Below are positions 42,210 through 55,075 of a stretch of 64,000 nt of DNA, one piece after another. The DNA lies in assembly GCA_964016885.1 (NCBI GenBank), contig CAXHJY010001742.1, forward strand, positions 26,286-90,285. Direction: 5' to 3'. Under the pieces are notes generated by a model. The model had not been told where the DNA came from. It made no database searches and worked only from the letters and a program-made list of their open reading frames with translations. Made by a program: the position numbers and the translations under genes. Positions within the stretch are counted from its first letter, which is position 1, and each line of letters begins with the position of its first letter. The DNA comes from Eledone cirrhosa (lineage: Eukaryota).

Positions 42210-42720
42210 AAATAATTAAGTCAAATATTTAAAATTTGGCTTCATTTATTAAAGATGTACTGCTATATATATATTTCGGTGACAGCCATCCTTGGCTGTG
42301 ACCTCTTCAGGCAGTCCGAATTGGTGTAGTAGAGACAGGTACACATGTTGTTGAGGTGTTTAACTCCGTCAATACTCCGATATGTCCAGCTCCTGGTTGG
42401 GTTGTTATTTCTCTTTCCAGTTCCTCAGAGAAATAACAACCCAACTAGGAGCTGGACATATCGGAGTATTGACGGAGTTAAACACCTCAACAACATGTGT
42501 ACCTGTCTCTACTACACCAATTCGGACTACCTGAAGAGGTCACAGCCAAGGATGGCTGTCACCGAAATATATATATAGCAGTACATCTTTAATAAATGAA
42601 GCCAAATTTTAAATATTTGACTTAATTATTTTATTTTACATTACTCTGGAGTAACCAAACCAACCTGCGTACTTCGTTGAGTGCTCCAATCTGCATACTG
42701 AGGTGTCGGTAAACAACCAA
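42203..42720 (+). mobile_element. Penelope-type fold-back (~210-bp arms plus 3' tail) with hammerheads at 42259-42315(-) and 42526-42582(+); related copy ~53510-53840 with hammerhead 53657-53711(-)
   Basis: ACTGC-CTGAAGA-GGT.C.ACAGCC..GGCTGT.C.ACC-GAAA-(TA)n-GCAGT, followed by AATAAA. Confidence 0.8.
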
Positions 42721-42875
42721 CATATACTCAAAATTTATATATATATATATATATATACACACACATACATTTGTAGATACACATATACACAGATATATAT
42801 ATGTTCAAGAGAAATATTTTCTATTAAACTAAATATGAAATGGAAAAAAAAAACAAAAAAATGTACAGCCCTCAC

Positions 42876-43002
42876 CTATGTAGATTTATCTGGTCTCCTA
42901 AAAGAATGCATCTTGTTGGAGAATTCACAGATGTTTTTCCTATATTACGTAAAGCGGGGTTTCCTAGCCTGGACGATATCGCCCATCGGTGGACGATATC
43001 AA
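42876..43002 (-). other. Candidate upstream (5' UTR or alternative) exon
   Basis: 127 nt between a good acceptor (ttttctgttcag) and donor (AG|gtgagg), with one open frame. No recognisable homology. Confidence 0.25.
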
Positions 43003-44119
43003 CTGAACAGAAAATGGTAGGCGATTGGAAATTATGGTGGACGATAAAGGATTTTGAGTATTAAGAAGGTTTTTCGAGATATGCTACATGGCAAAAAAAA
43101 ACATTCAAAGGAAATATACAATCTAATCTAATCTGGCCGAGTTTAAACTCGCAAATAAGAAGAACCAGGGCCACCCCTAGGAGCATTAGATTTGGTGTAC
43201 TTCATATTTTTTTCAGTTGCTGAATACAATCAGGGGTCGCTGCTTCTCCTGAAGGTCAATAGTTCTCTAACTCAAGCGGGAGCACCTTTCCATTGTCAAT
43301 TTGCATTGATCATCTGCAAAGCCGCATTGTTCTCAGAACCACTACACCAGTCTTTCGATGCCTGCAGCTGGAACTACTGCCACACATTGATTTGGAAGGA
43401 TCGCCACTCATTTCTACAGCTGAGTAAACTGGAGCAACGTGAAATAAACATCACCCGGTCCGAGAATCGAACTCACAATCTTTCGATTGCACGCCCAATG
43501 CTCTAACCACTAAGCCATGCGCCTTCATATACAAAGAACCTGTATAAAATAAAGAAAACAAAACAGGAAGCTATGTAGAACTAACGAGGTTATACCAAAC
43601 TTTTACGATATGTTTTTGAATATTTACTAAAGAGGTAGGTGGTGTGAACAATTTCCATGTGACAGTGAGTGATGACGTAAAGCGGCGTGAAATGTTTTTG
43701 TTCAACACTCAGATCAGTCTAAGAATTTAACCAACACCCTTATGATTGTGCGTCCAGCACCCTAACCACTAGTTCACGCGCCTTTATATAAACTGAATAT
43801 TGAGAAGTCGTCTTAAAGTAGTGCAATATGCAGTTCTCCGATGTATAAAAGATGCGCGGTTCGATTCCTGCAGGCAGTTTTGTCACACACTGAATATGCA
43901 ATCGTTAAGAACTATTCTGGGGTATTTATACACCTACCTTTCAACCTGAACAACCTCGAGTATTTTATTTTCCAGGACTTTTTTTCGATTTCCCCCCTAT
44001 CCGTTTAACCCTAACCCTAAATTCTGCATACTTCGGTGGAGATGAGGAGGCATGTCACAGAATACATATCCGTACAGAATAAATTATAGAAGTAACTTAT
44101 CAAACGTTTATCGTCTGAG

Positions 44120-44430
44120 ACAGCTGTATACATAGATGTGTAGTTTTGTAGCTGTGTAGCCGTGTACGTAGATGTGTAGCTTTGTAGCTGTGTGACGGTG
44201 TAGCTTTGTGGCTGTGTAGCTGTGTACATAGATGTGTAGCTTTGTAGCTGTGTGGCTGTGTAACTGTGTGGCTGTGAAACTGTGTGGCGGTGTGGCTGTG
44301 TAGTGGTATGGCTGTGTAACTGTGTAGCTGTGTAGCTTTGTAGTTGTGTGACGGTGTAGCTTTGTAGTTGTGTGACTGTGTAGCTGTGTACATAGATGTG
44401 TAGCTCTGTGACAGTGTGGCTGTGTAACTA
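44120..44430. repeat. TGTGTAGC-type octamer minisatellite
   Basis: Direct inspection. Confidence 0.85.
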
Positions 44431-44528
44431 AAAGGTCACTACACAACCATGGAATGTACTATTCATGCTGGCGTCTATAAATGGTGACTAACTACTTGTA
44501 GGTGACATTTGGAAAACAGACTATAAAG

Positions 44529-44595
<67 letters not shown>

Positions 44596-44599
44596 TGTC

Positions 44600-44677
<78 letters not shown>

Positions 44678-44930
44678 TGTGTTCATGTTTTTGTTTCGTA
44701 ACGTAGCGGTCCAGCAGATAAGGATCGATAAACATAAGTAGCAGCTTGAAATCACTTTTTGAAGTCAATATGACCGACGAATATCTGGAAGATGACGCCA
44801 TTGATATTGTTATTGTTGTTGTTTATGAATGAAACGAAAATCGACAATACATTAATAGCTATTAAAAAAATGTCAAATGTATCTAGTTTACTGTCTATAA
44901 TGCGCGCGCGCGTGTATGTATGTATGTATG

Positions 44931-45660
44931 TTCTTCTGGTTTTATAATTTCACAAAGTTTTACCAATAGAGAGAGAGTCGGTTTCTAACATAGACACAAG
45001 ACTCTCTCATTGGAATTTACACAACATCAACTAGGTAGATATGTATGTATGCATGTGTAGATATGGATGTTATTGTATGTGTGGATGTGTATGTTTTGAG
45101 TCATATGTGTGTATATGTATATGCTTTGCATCTGTATATGTGTATATGCAGTTATTAGATGCAACATTTTTGGAATGTTTTACATATTTTTACTGTTCCA
45201 TTAATGGATTGTACTTGTAATTTCCTAACTAGTCGTGTTCTTTCTGTTCCTGTGAAGCCCAGCTTCTCAAGATTTGTATTGAGGCAGTTACTAACATACC
45301 CAGTGTCCCAATAATAACAGGCATAAATCTGAAGGTGTAATCAGGGTGGAGTATCTGCAGATTTCTCATAAGTTCTGCATAAATATTCTCCTTTTCACTA
45401 ATCTTTGATATTATATTGGTATCTGCTGGGCAGCTAATTTCCACAACTGTGCATGCTTTCTTCTCCCTGTCCCATATCATAATATCTGGTCTGTTATGCC
45501 TGCATTTTATTCGGGTTTTTACTGGAACATTCCACTAGTACTCTTTCATATTATGTACATGGATGTCTTCCACATTGCTGTAGCTTTTAATGTGTTTATT
45601 ATCGGGTCTATCTTTTTTACAAACTGCATTGTACAGTGTTTTGGCCACTACATCATGCCT
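44931..45660 (-). mobile_element. R4/Dong-like non-LTR retrotransposon 3' end (restriction-like endonuclease plus 3' UTR)
   Basis: HDVVAK...HNRPDIMIWD...VVEISCPADTNI..KISEKENIY...PVIIGTLG: RLE motif PD..D..E..K with a stop and a frameshift; flanked by (CATA)n. Confidence 0.8.
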
Positions 45661-45661
45661 C

Positions 45662-45692
<31 letters not shown>

Positions 45693-46189
45693 TGTATGTA
45701 TGTATGTATGTATGTATGTATGTATGTATGTATATATATATATATGGTGGCTGCCAACTCGTTTTCGAGTACGGCCACTACTTTATATCCATGTAGAAGA
45801 ACCCCTACCGATGTGCTGAACGAGTGTGACATTTTAGTCCAGCCAGCAACTTGAAAACTCTGGTACAAACACTACACTTATGACAATTATTGACACATAG
45901 TGCTGGGCCCATGGTACCATGTGACGACAAGTGCAGAGAGATCTCCAGATATAAAGCAATGCCTGTGCCGTGAAGCTTTTATAGTGAGCAAAGGCACTGC
46001 ACAAAGCCAGTCCCACTCTCTTAACCAAGATGATATTTACCAAAAAGAAGAACAAGTCAACATCATTGGATACCATCAGGGTTGCAGGTGTTATATCAGA
46101 GTTTTCCTTCTCCTAGAATTCTGCCTTAACAAAGGCTAAGGGGGTCATACATACATACATACACACATACATACACACACCTATCAAAG

Positions 46190-46253
<64 letters not shown>

Positions 46254-46255
<2 letters not shown>

Positions 46256-46596
46256 AGGCACATGGCTTAGTGGTTAGAGCATTGGCCTTGCAATCGAAAG
46301 GTTGTGAGTTCAATTCTCAGACCGGGTGATGTGTTGTTTCCTTGAGCAAGACACTTTATTTCACATTGCTCCAGTTTACTCAGCTGTAAAAATGAGATGA
46401 CTGAGGTCCATATCATTCCACTGCAAAGTGGTCGTGGAGGTGCCACGGCAAAAAAGCACCCAGCACTCACTGTTAATGAGGTTGGTGTTAGGAAGGGCAT
46501 CCAGCTGTAGAATTCAAGCCAGAATCAGTTCCCGTCCCACCCTTGCAAGCAGGGAAAAGCGGACGTAAAATGAAATGATGATGATGATGATGATGA
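46254..46596 (+). mobile_element. SINE family B copy
   Basis: Full head-core-tail followed by (ATG)n. Confidence 0.85.
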
Positions 46597-46767
46597 TATA
46601 TATATACATATAAATATATAACTTTGATAGGTTTCGGCCAGTATTGGCCCAGGCTATGACTAACTTAATAATACTGTGACGAAATCTTTCAAATCAGGAT
46701 TTGGATACAATGGCCCACTCAAGTAAAGAGTTATTGTTTACGGAGACATATTGGGGTGTAGAAGGTT

Positions 46768-46823
<56 letters not shown>

Positions 46824-46979
46824 CGCGCGTATATATATATATATACACATACATACATACATAATATTTAATCGGACTTCAAATGAAACAGTTCTAGTCC
46901 TGTACAAGCTATTTCTATATTGAATATTGTATATACTCTGCTATGTATTGAGTACCTTACTTAGTGTGGTTACCCCCGA

Positions 46980-47026
<47 letters not shown>

Positions 47027-47035
47027 ATACATACA

Positions 47036-47095
<60 letters not shown>

Positions 47096-47421
47096 AGGGT
47101 GTGGAAAAACCACAGAGCATAACCCACCAGAGTACTCAATACTTGGAGTAACAGAGTGGGTAATATGTATAAGATCAGGTTGATAATCGCCATCGACGAA
47201 TGCAAGAAACTTTTCCAGGAAAGTTAACCAGGAATCTTTAAAATCTCGCCACTGAAGTTAAACAACTTACTAGATCTACAAAGCCAAATTGTAAAATTAT
47301 AATATTATAAAATCAAATTAAATTGTTTAGAACTACAAGTGAAGTCATTCTTTTCCTTTATATATATATATATATAGTGACGAAACATAAGTCAATCGCA
47401 TGAACTCATAATCCTTTATTT

Positions 47422-47477
47422 ACTGCTATATATATTTCGATGATAGCCATTGAATGGCTATGACCTCATCAGGCAGT
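47422..47477 (-). ncRNA. Hammerhead motif with (TA)4 stem III
   Basis: ACTGC-CTGATGA-GGT.C.ATAGCCAT(TCA)ATGGCTAT.C.ATC-GAAA-TATATATA-GCAGT. Confidence 0.8.
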
Positions 47478-47770
47478 TAGTCAGTTCTTAGATATGCCAG
47501 CTCTGTGTGTATAGTGTTGATGGTATCAGAGCCTTGGGACACACACACACACGTATATATATATATATTTATTAATAAAAGGAATTCCAACTTTGTCTGA
47601 TTTACTCGTTTTATTTACAATCCTTTAAAATTTATAATGGTATTAGAATGAAATAGTATGGTAGAATATTAAATGTTAAGTGTTAATTGAACAATATATT
47701 CTGTGGTGACAGTCAAGTTTGTAATTTTCAACTGTTGAAAATTGCAAACTTGACCGTCACCACAGAATAT

Positions 47771-47807
47771 GAACCTGAAGATTGCGAAAGCATGAAAGTA
47801 CTTGTTC
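47771..47807 (+). ncRNA. Minimal hammerhead motif inside inverted repeat 47568-47927
   Basis: GAAC-CTGAAGA-TTGC(GAAA)GCAT-GAAA-GTAC-TT-GTTC; palindrome AAGTACTT. Confidence 0.78.
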
Positions 47808-47954
47808 AATTAACATTAACATTTAATATTCTACCATACTATTTCATTCTAATACCATTATAAATTTTAAAGGATTGTAAATAAAACGAGTAAATCAGAC
47901 AAAGTTGGAATTCCTTTTATTAATATAATCTTCTATACACAATCATACACACCC

Positions 47955-47995
<41 letters not shown>

Positions 47996-48085
47996 CAACA
48001 ACATCTTAAGCGAAACTGCCTGAGATGAGCGCTCTGCATAAAATATATGGGATCTGTCATAAATTTAAAGTTCAATATGATATTA

Positions 48086-48978
48086 TCTATATATATAAAA
48101 CTGAGGATGTCTGTCTGTGTGTGTGTGTGAGTTTGAATCCCTAAAACTCGAGAACCACCCAACCGACTGTTTTCAAACTTTACACATGTAATACTTATGT
48201 TTCAGGGATTGTTCTGAGCAAAATAAATTTCAAATTTTCCATGCCCTAGGGACCACATTAGGCGATTTAGCGATCTCTCTCTATAATTCTTAGTCTTTCC
48301 CTTTTTAGATAGATACATACATATAACGTCGCGCTCTTATAATATCTGTCTGTATGTCTGGCTGTCTGCATTACGTCACTTCCCTGAGGATGTCTGTGTG
48401 TGTGTGTGTGTTTGAATCCCTAAAACTCGAGAAATACCCAACCGACTTTTTTCAAACTTTACATGTGTATTACTTATGTTTCCTGAAACATAAGTAGTGT
48501 TATGCACATAAAAAAATTCAAGTTTTTGATCTCCTAGGGCCCGCATTAGGTGAAAAACTGCGTTTTAAAGCTTTTTAGTTTTTTTTTGAGGCGTTACGTC
48601 AAACCAATTTCCTTGAAATTGTAACTATGTATTAGTCAATCTCTTCTTCATACCGTGAGCAAAGAAAATCCAACTTTTTTTTATGGCCCGCATTAGGTGA
48701 AAAACTTCATTTTTTCAGCTTTTTAGGGCTTTTTGGAGGCGTTACGTCTAGCCCGAAATTTCAAGGCATAAAAAAAATTCATTTTCTTGATCCGCTAAGT
48801 GAAAACCTGCTTTTTTCCCGCTTTATCTAGGAAAATCTTAAAGATTATCCAGCCATCAGAGTATTCGGTTTATTTTCTTTACATATTGTCCAGGCATACA
48901 ATTTTTCCACGATTAGGTCTGTTGGCGGCCCGCTTTCCAAAATACCTTATCCCGTGCAACGCCGGGTACCACTGCTAG
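48086..48978 (+). mobile_element. Non-autonomous Helitron
   Basis: A|TCTATATATATAAAA start, subterminal hairpin CCCGTGCAACGCCGGG, CTAG|T end, no target duplication; internal ~140-bp duplication. Confidence 0.85.
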
Positions 48979-49116
48979 TAGTTCATAATATGAAGGGTAA
49001 TAAACAATTCAAAGTTTAATCCAATAGATAAATTCCAATCACAGTCGTATTATAATTTCACAGAGCATATAAAAATATCAAATTAAGTCAAGGATTATTA
49101 TTAAAACATTTACTAG

Positions 49117-49179
49117 ACTTACGGCCGTTTCACTAGAAATTAAAGAAAGTTTATTCCTCGAGGAATAGCTCATCAGAGT
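49117..49179 (-). ncRNA. Hammerhead motif with extended stem II
   Basis: ACT-CTGATGA-GCTA...TAGT-GAAA-CGGCCG-TA-AGT; degenerate inverted copy at about 49216-49285. Confidence 0.65.
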
Positions 49180-49537
49180 TCAAAGTAAGGTAAATCGTTT
49201 TTATATAATTGGATGCTGATGACTTATTCTCCCAGGAATAAACTTTCTTTCGTTCTCGCTTAGCCTAGTAAAACGGAGGTAAGTGTATTATATATTTTAA
49301 TAATAATACTTTTCATGATGAAACATCGTGTATACGTAGCCAATCTCTCGGACGCTTACGAAGTACTGAGGGGGATGTAACGTTGATATAAAAAATGGTG
49401 TCTTCACAGACGATGTTATAAAATATAGCATCTCGGCGCACGAGCACGCCATTCTTTATATTAACTTGTTATAATATTTGTTTTACACAGACACACACAC
49501 ACACTAAACTATATATACACATATACACACACCAAAC

Positions 49538-49586
<49 letters not shown>

Positions 49587-49796
49587 ATAATAATAAAATT
49601 GAAGACTAAAATCCAAAGAGGGCTCGATAAGGAAAATATATATCAAATATATAAGAACCGTAGAGCAAATATTTATTAAAATAACAGATTAAAGTTTAAG
49701 CAAAGAATCGCTGCTTTCACCCTTAACGGGATCTTAGAAGATCCTGTTAAGGGTGAAAGCAGCGATTCTTTGCTTAAACTTTAATCTGTTATTTTA

Positions 49797-49872
<76 letters not shown>

Positions 49873-50161
49873 TAGTACAGCTATTCACTCAGAATGTTAC
49901 ATTGTTCGTAGAAAGCGTAAGAGACACATACATATACACCTACACGCCTACGTATAAGTGTATATGTATTTATGTATCTACATATACATAAAAGTGTGTA
50001 TGTTAATGTACCAGGATTATATCTTTACGTCACAATATGTTCGAGGAATGTAGGAATGTTTACATAAATTGGCCAACATTAAAATCTGGTCGTGTCTTTC
50101 CAGTGTCTACGAATGTATGTATATGTATGTATGCATGTATATATGTATATGTATGTATGTG

Positions 50162-50426
50162 TTTTCTCTTTCTCTTAATTTCGAGTATATTTTTTTGACC
50201 GGCCACCTTCCTGGTGGCAAGGTTGTAAAAGAAAAGAAATTGTCATCCCTTGAATCGCAAGAATGTTTTGCATATTTTGAAGGTGCCAGCTATCGCAGCC
50301 ATTTGTAGACTATGAATTAGGGAGCTGCGCTTTTTGTCCGCAAATCCAAGTTCGGTCATACTTTGGTCCAAGCGGGTTGGTATATAACCCGTAGCACCAA
50401 TAATGATGGGTATGAAGCTAAAGGTG
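50162..50426 (-). mobile_element. Second R4-like family, extreme 3' fragment
   Basis: FSFIPIIIGATGYIP...LQMAAIAGTFKICKTFL* is homologous to the C-terminus of the 44931-45660 element; flanked by (CATA)n. Confidence 0.7.
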
Positions 50427-50447
50427 TCTGTGTATGTATGTACAAAC

Positions 50448-50478
<31 letters not shown>

Positions 50479-51422
50479 TGTATGTATGTATATGTATGTA
50501 TGTGTATGTATGTACAAACATATGTATGTATGTATGTATGTATGTATGCATGCATGCATGCATGCATGCATGCATGCATGTATGTATGTATGTATGTATG
50601 TATGTATGTATGTATGTATGTATGTATGTATGTATGTCAGGTCACCAGTCGGTGCTACTGGTAACATGTATCCCAGTACAACCTGTCTCATGGTCGGGTC
50701 GTTGGCGACTGTGTAGTGTTTGTACCACAGTTTTCAAGTCGCTGGCTGGACTAAAAAGTCACACTCGTTCAGCGCATCGGTAGGGGTTCTCCTACATGGA
50801 TATAAAGTAGTGGCCGTACTCGAAAACGAGTTGGCAGCCACCATATATGTATGTATGTTTGCGTATGCACGTATGTATATGTATGTATGTATCTTTGGTA
50901 GGGGCGGTGACGACAGACTTCTAGTCTTCATTAAGACATCTCTCTAAGAGAAGGTCACTGTGATATAAAACGCGTGACATTGTTTGCATCCAATGATTTA
51001 GACCAGTTCGTCTTTTATGGAAAATGCATTTGATGTTCAGAAAGTGGGATTGCCCTCGTGCAAAGCCTTTCCTCACTTAAAAAAAAAATTCAAGCACAAG
51101 CATCGCTTGATATGTGACCTTTTTGTGTTGCATGGCATTGCTGGGCATATGCAAGTCCCTAGCAGGACTAAAAGGCCACATCCGTGATGCTCATACTTAA
51201 GTATCAAGCGATGGCATTACTCGAATTCGAGTTGCAGCCATCATCATCATCATCATCATCGTCATCATCAATGTATGCGGGATGAAATACAAGACCCGGC
51301 AAAGAGCGGAGGAACTCAACAAGGTTAACCACCATCCATAATAGTACCTTTTTTTTTTTCCACCTGGGAATGAAAGGCCCTCAGTTGTTATCACAACACC
51401 TTTCTAAGAGAGGGAAACTCGG

Positions 51423-52004
51423 AAAAAAACCCTGTGGCTTCGGAAACATCCAATGATGTTGACAAGTTCTCCTTTTCTGGTAGTGTTTTCGATGCTCATA
51501 GAGTGGGATTGGTCGAGTGCAAGGCCTTTCCCCACTTAAAAAAACCTGTGGCTTCAGAAACATCCAATGATGTTGACAAGTTCTCCTTTTTGGGTAGTGT
51601 TTTCGATGCTCAGAGAGTGGGATTGGTCGAGTGCAAGGCCTTTCCCCACTTAAAAAAACCTGTGGCTTCAGAAACATCCAATGATGTTGACAAGTTCTCC
51701 TTTTTGGGTAGTGTTTTCGATGCTCAGAGAGTGGGATTGGTCGAGTGCAAGGCCTTTCCCCACTTAAAAAAACCTGTGGCTTCAGAAACATCCAATGATG
51801 TTGACAAGTTCTCCTTTTTTCTGGTAGTGTTTTCGATGCTCAGAGAGTGGGATTGGTCGAGTGCAAGGCCTTTCCCCACTTAAAAAAACCTGTGGCTTCA
51901 GAAACATCCAATGATGTTGACAAGTTCTCCTTTTTGGGTAGTGTTTTCGATGCTCAGAGAGTGGGATTGGTCGAGTGCAAGGCCTTTCCCCACTTAAAAA
52001 AACC
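51423..52004. repeat. 114-bp tandem repeat, 5 units, derived from the zinc-finger region of the (CATA)n-associated element
   Basis: CTGTGGCTTC at 51432, 51546, 51660, 51774 and 51890; shares ATCCAATGATGTTGAC..GTTC and GAGAGTGGGA with 22221-22280. Confidence 0.88.
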
Positions 52005-52349
52005 TTCAAAGCACAGGCATTGTTTGTTCAGGATATTTTACAAGCGATTGCAATACTCTTAGCAGAGTCTGCAGTCATTATGTATGTATGCATTGTGTAT
52101 CTTTATGTGTGTGTGTGTGTGTGCAAGTCTCTATGTGAAGACACTTGCCTTAGTGGTTAGCTCGTTCGTCTCACAACCGTAAGGGTCGTGAGTTCGATTC
52201 CTGGCGCGGATGTTGTGCCCTTTAACAAGGCATTATATTTCATGTTGGTTCAGTTCTCTCTAAGTAGTGATGGTGGTCAGTGTGTGTTGGTGGAGGGGAT
52301 GTGCAGCGGAATTTCGTCACTTGCAGCGATGAGTGTTCCTGTTGGTCGA

Positions 52350-52450
<101 letters not shown>

Positions 52451-52472
52451 GTATGTATATATATATATATGT

Positions 52473-52533
<61 letters not shown>

Positions 52534-53460
52534 CATATATATATACACACATTATTTTCATATTTGTTGTTAAAGTCATACTCTTCACAGATGTGTTATG
52601 GTACAGTACATTAGCGCTGCATTTTTATTTATGATTAATTCAATACATTTAAGTATTTTAAATACAAAAATCGATAAAAGAAGCAGAAACACAACAGCAT
52701 ATGCTATTTTACTATAGGCTCCAAGCATTTCAACTCTAGGGTAGGATACAATAAGGTAGGCTTACGTTTATGTTAATTTTTAGTTTCAGACATGGTATAA
52801 ATTTGCCATAAATTCATGACGATTTAGTAACAGAGCTATTTCTACAGGATGATACCTTGACCTGTTATCCATGAAATACTAGGATCGACATTTTACGAGG
52901 GATATGGAAATAATTCCAGACGTTTTTGCCCCAAATAGGGCTCGACTTCTTACGAAATCTAGGGAAAATTCCAGATTTTTTTGCCCAAAATAGGAGTTTG
53001 ACTTTTTACAAAGTCAATGGAAAATTCCAAATTTTTTGGCTATTTATATATTGGTTGTTACGGAAACTGCTACAACGCAAGGGTTCAGAGTTGTAAATAT
53101 TGAGGCAACAGAGAAAAGAAAGAGAAGAAAAAAAAAAAGAAAAAACAGGAGAAGAAAAAAGAAACGAACCAGGGATAATTTTACCTTAGAAATATTTATT
53201 AGTCCCTATATCTCCAAGATTCGTCACCCCACTTGACAATGGCTGGTTCATCCGAAATATAGGGACAAATGAATATACCAAAGGTAACATTATTGGTTCT
53301 TTTCGTTTTTTTCTTCCACTCCCCCATTCAACTTCACCTCTATGTACCTTCACCCCAGTTTTTAGCATTAATATTTACAACACCACCCGTATTGTAGCGA
53401 CTTCCGAAACCACCAATTTTCATATTTCAAATTACTTCAAACAAACTACTACATTCTAGG

Positions 53461-53500
<40 letters not shown>

Positions 53501-53838
53501 TTTAGTATATGCTGGTTGTTTACCGACACCTCAGTATACAGATTGGAGCACTCGACGAAGTACGCAGGTTGGTTTGTTTACTCCGGAGTAATGTAAAATA
53601 AAATAACTAAGTCAAATATGTAAAATTTGGCTTCGTTTATTATAAATTATAACTTTACTGCTATATATATTTCGGTGACAGCCATCATTGGCTGTGACCT
53701 CTTCAGTCAGTCCGAATTAGTGTGGAAAAGACAGGTACACATGTTGTTGAAGTGTGTTTCACTCTGTCAATACATCGATATGTAATTTATAATAAACGAA
53801 GCCAACTTTTACATATTTGACTTACTTATTTTATTTTA

Positions 53839-54801
<963 letters not shown>

Positions 54802-55037
54802 TGGCCATACTCGATAACGAGGGGGCAGCCATCATATATACGTATATATACACACACATTTATAGCTATAGATATATACACGCACAGACACACGTGTGTA
54901 TGCGTACACGTACACGTGTGTGATCTTGCACGTGTGTGAGTGTGTGTGGAGGGGGGGGGGGGGGCGTGGTGTGATAGATTTTACACCCGGCGAGGGAATG
55001 TAGGTAAAAACCAATAAGAATGAATGATACAACACAG

Positions 55038-55075
55038 GTTTCTATAGTAACAGGCAATTACGTGCTATGACGTCA
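55038..55075. promoter_or_regulatory. Candidate regulatory cluster: RFX X-box-like GTTTCTATAGTAAC and CRE TGACGTCA
   Basis: Motifs at 55038-55051 and 55068-55075 in a short unique, CpG-containing island. Motif match only. Confidence 0.35.

Noticed and set aside
44004-44020. TAACCC telomere-like hexamers
   Set aside because: Only two units; insufficient for an interstitial telomere call.
44700-44801. MASSSRYSS... ORF as PDE9 first exon
   Set aside because: Only superficial similarity to a PDE9 N-terminus; no IYLDIDG-like segment and no convincing donor.
53190-53283. Possible plus-strand exon (KYLLVPISPRF...)
   Set aside because: The segment is a small inverted repeat (GTCCCTATAT...ATATAGGGAC), has no partner exons and no homology.
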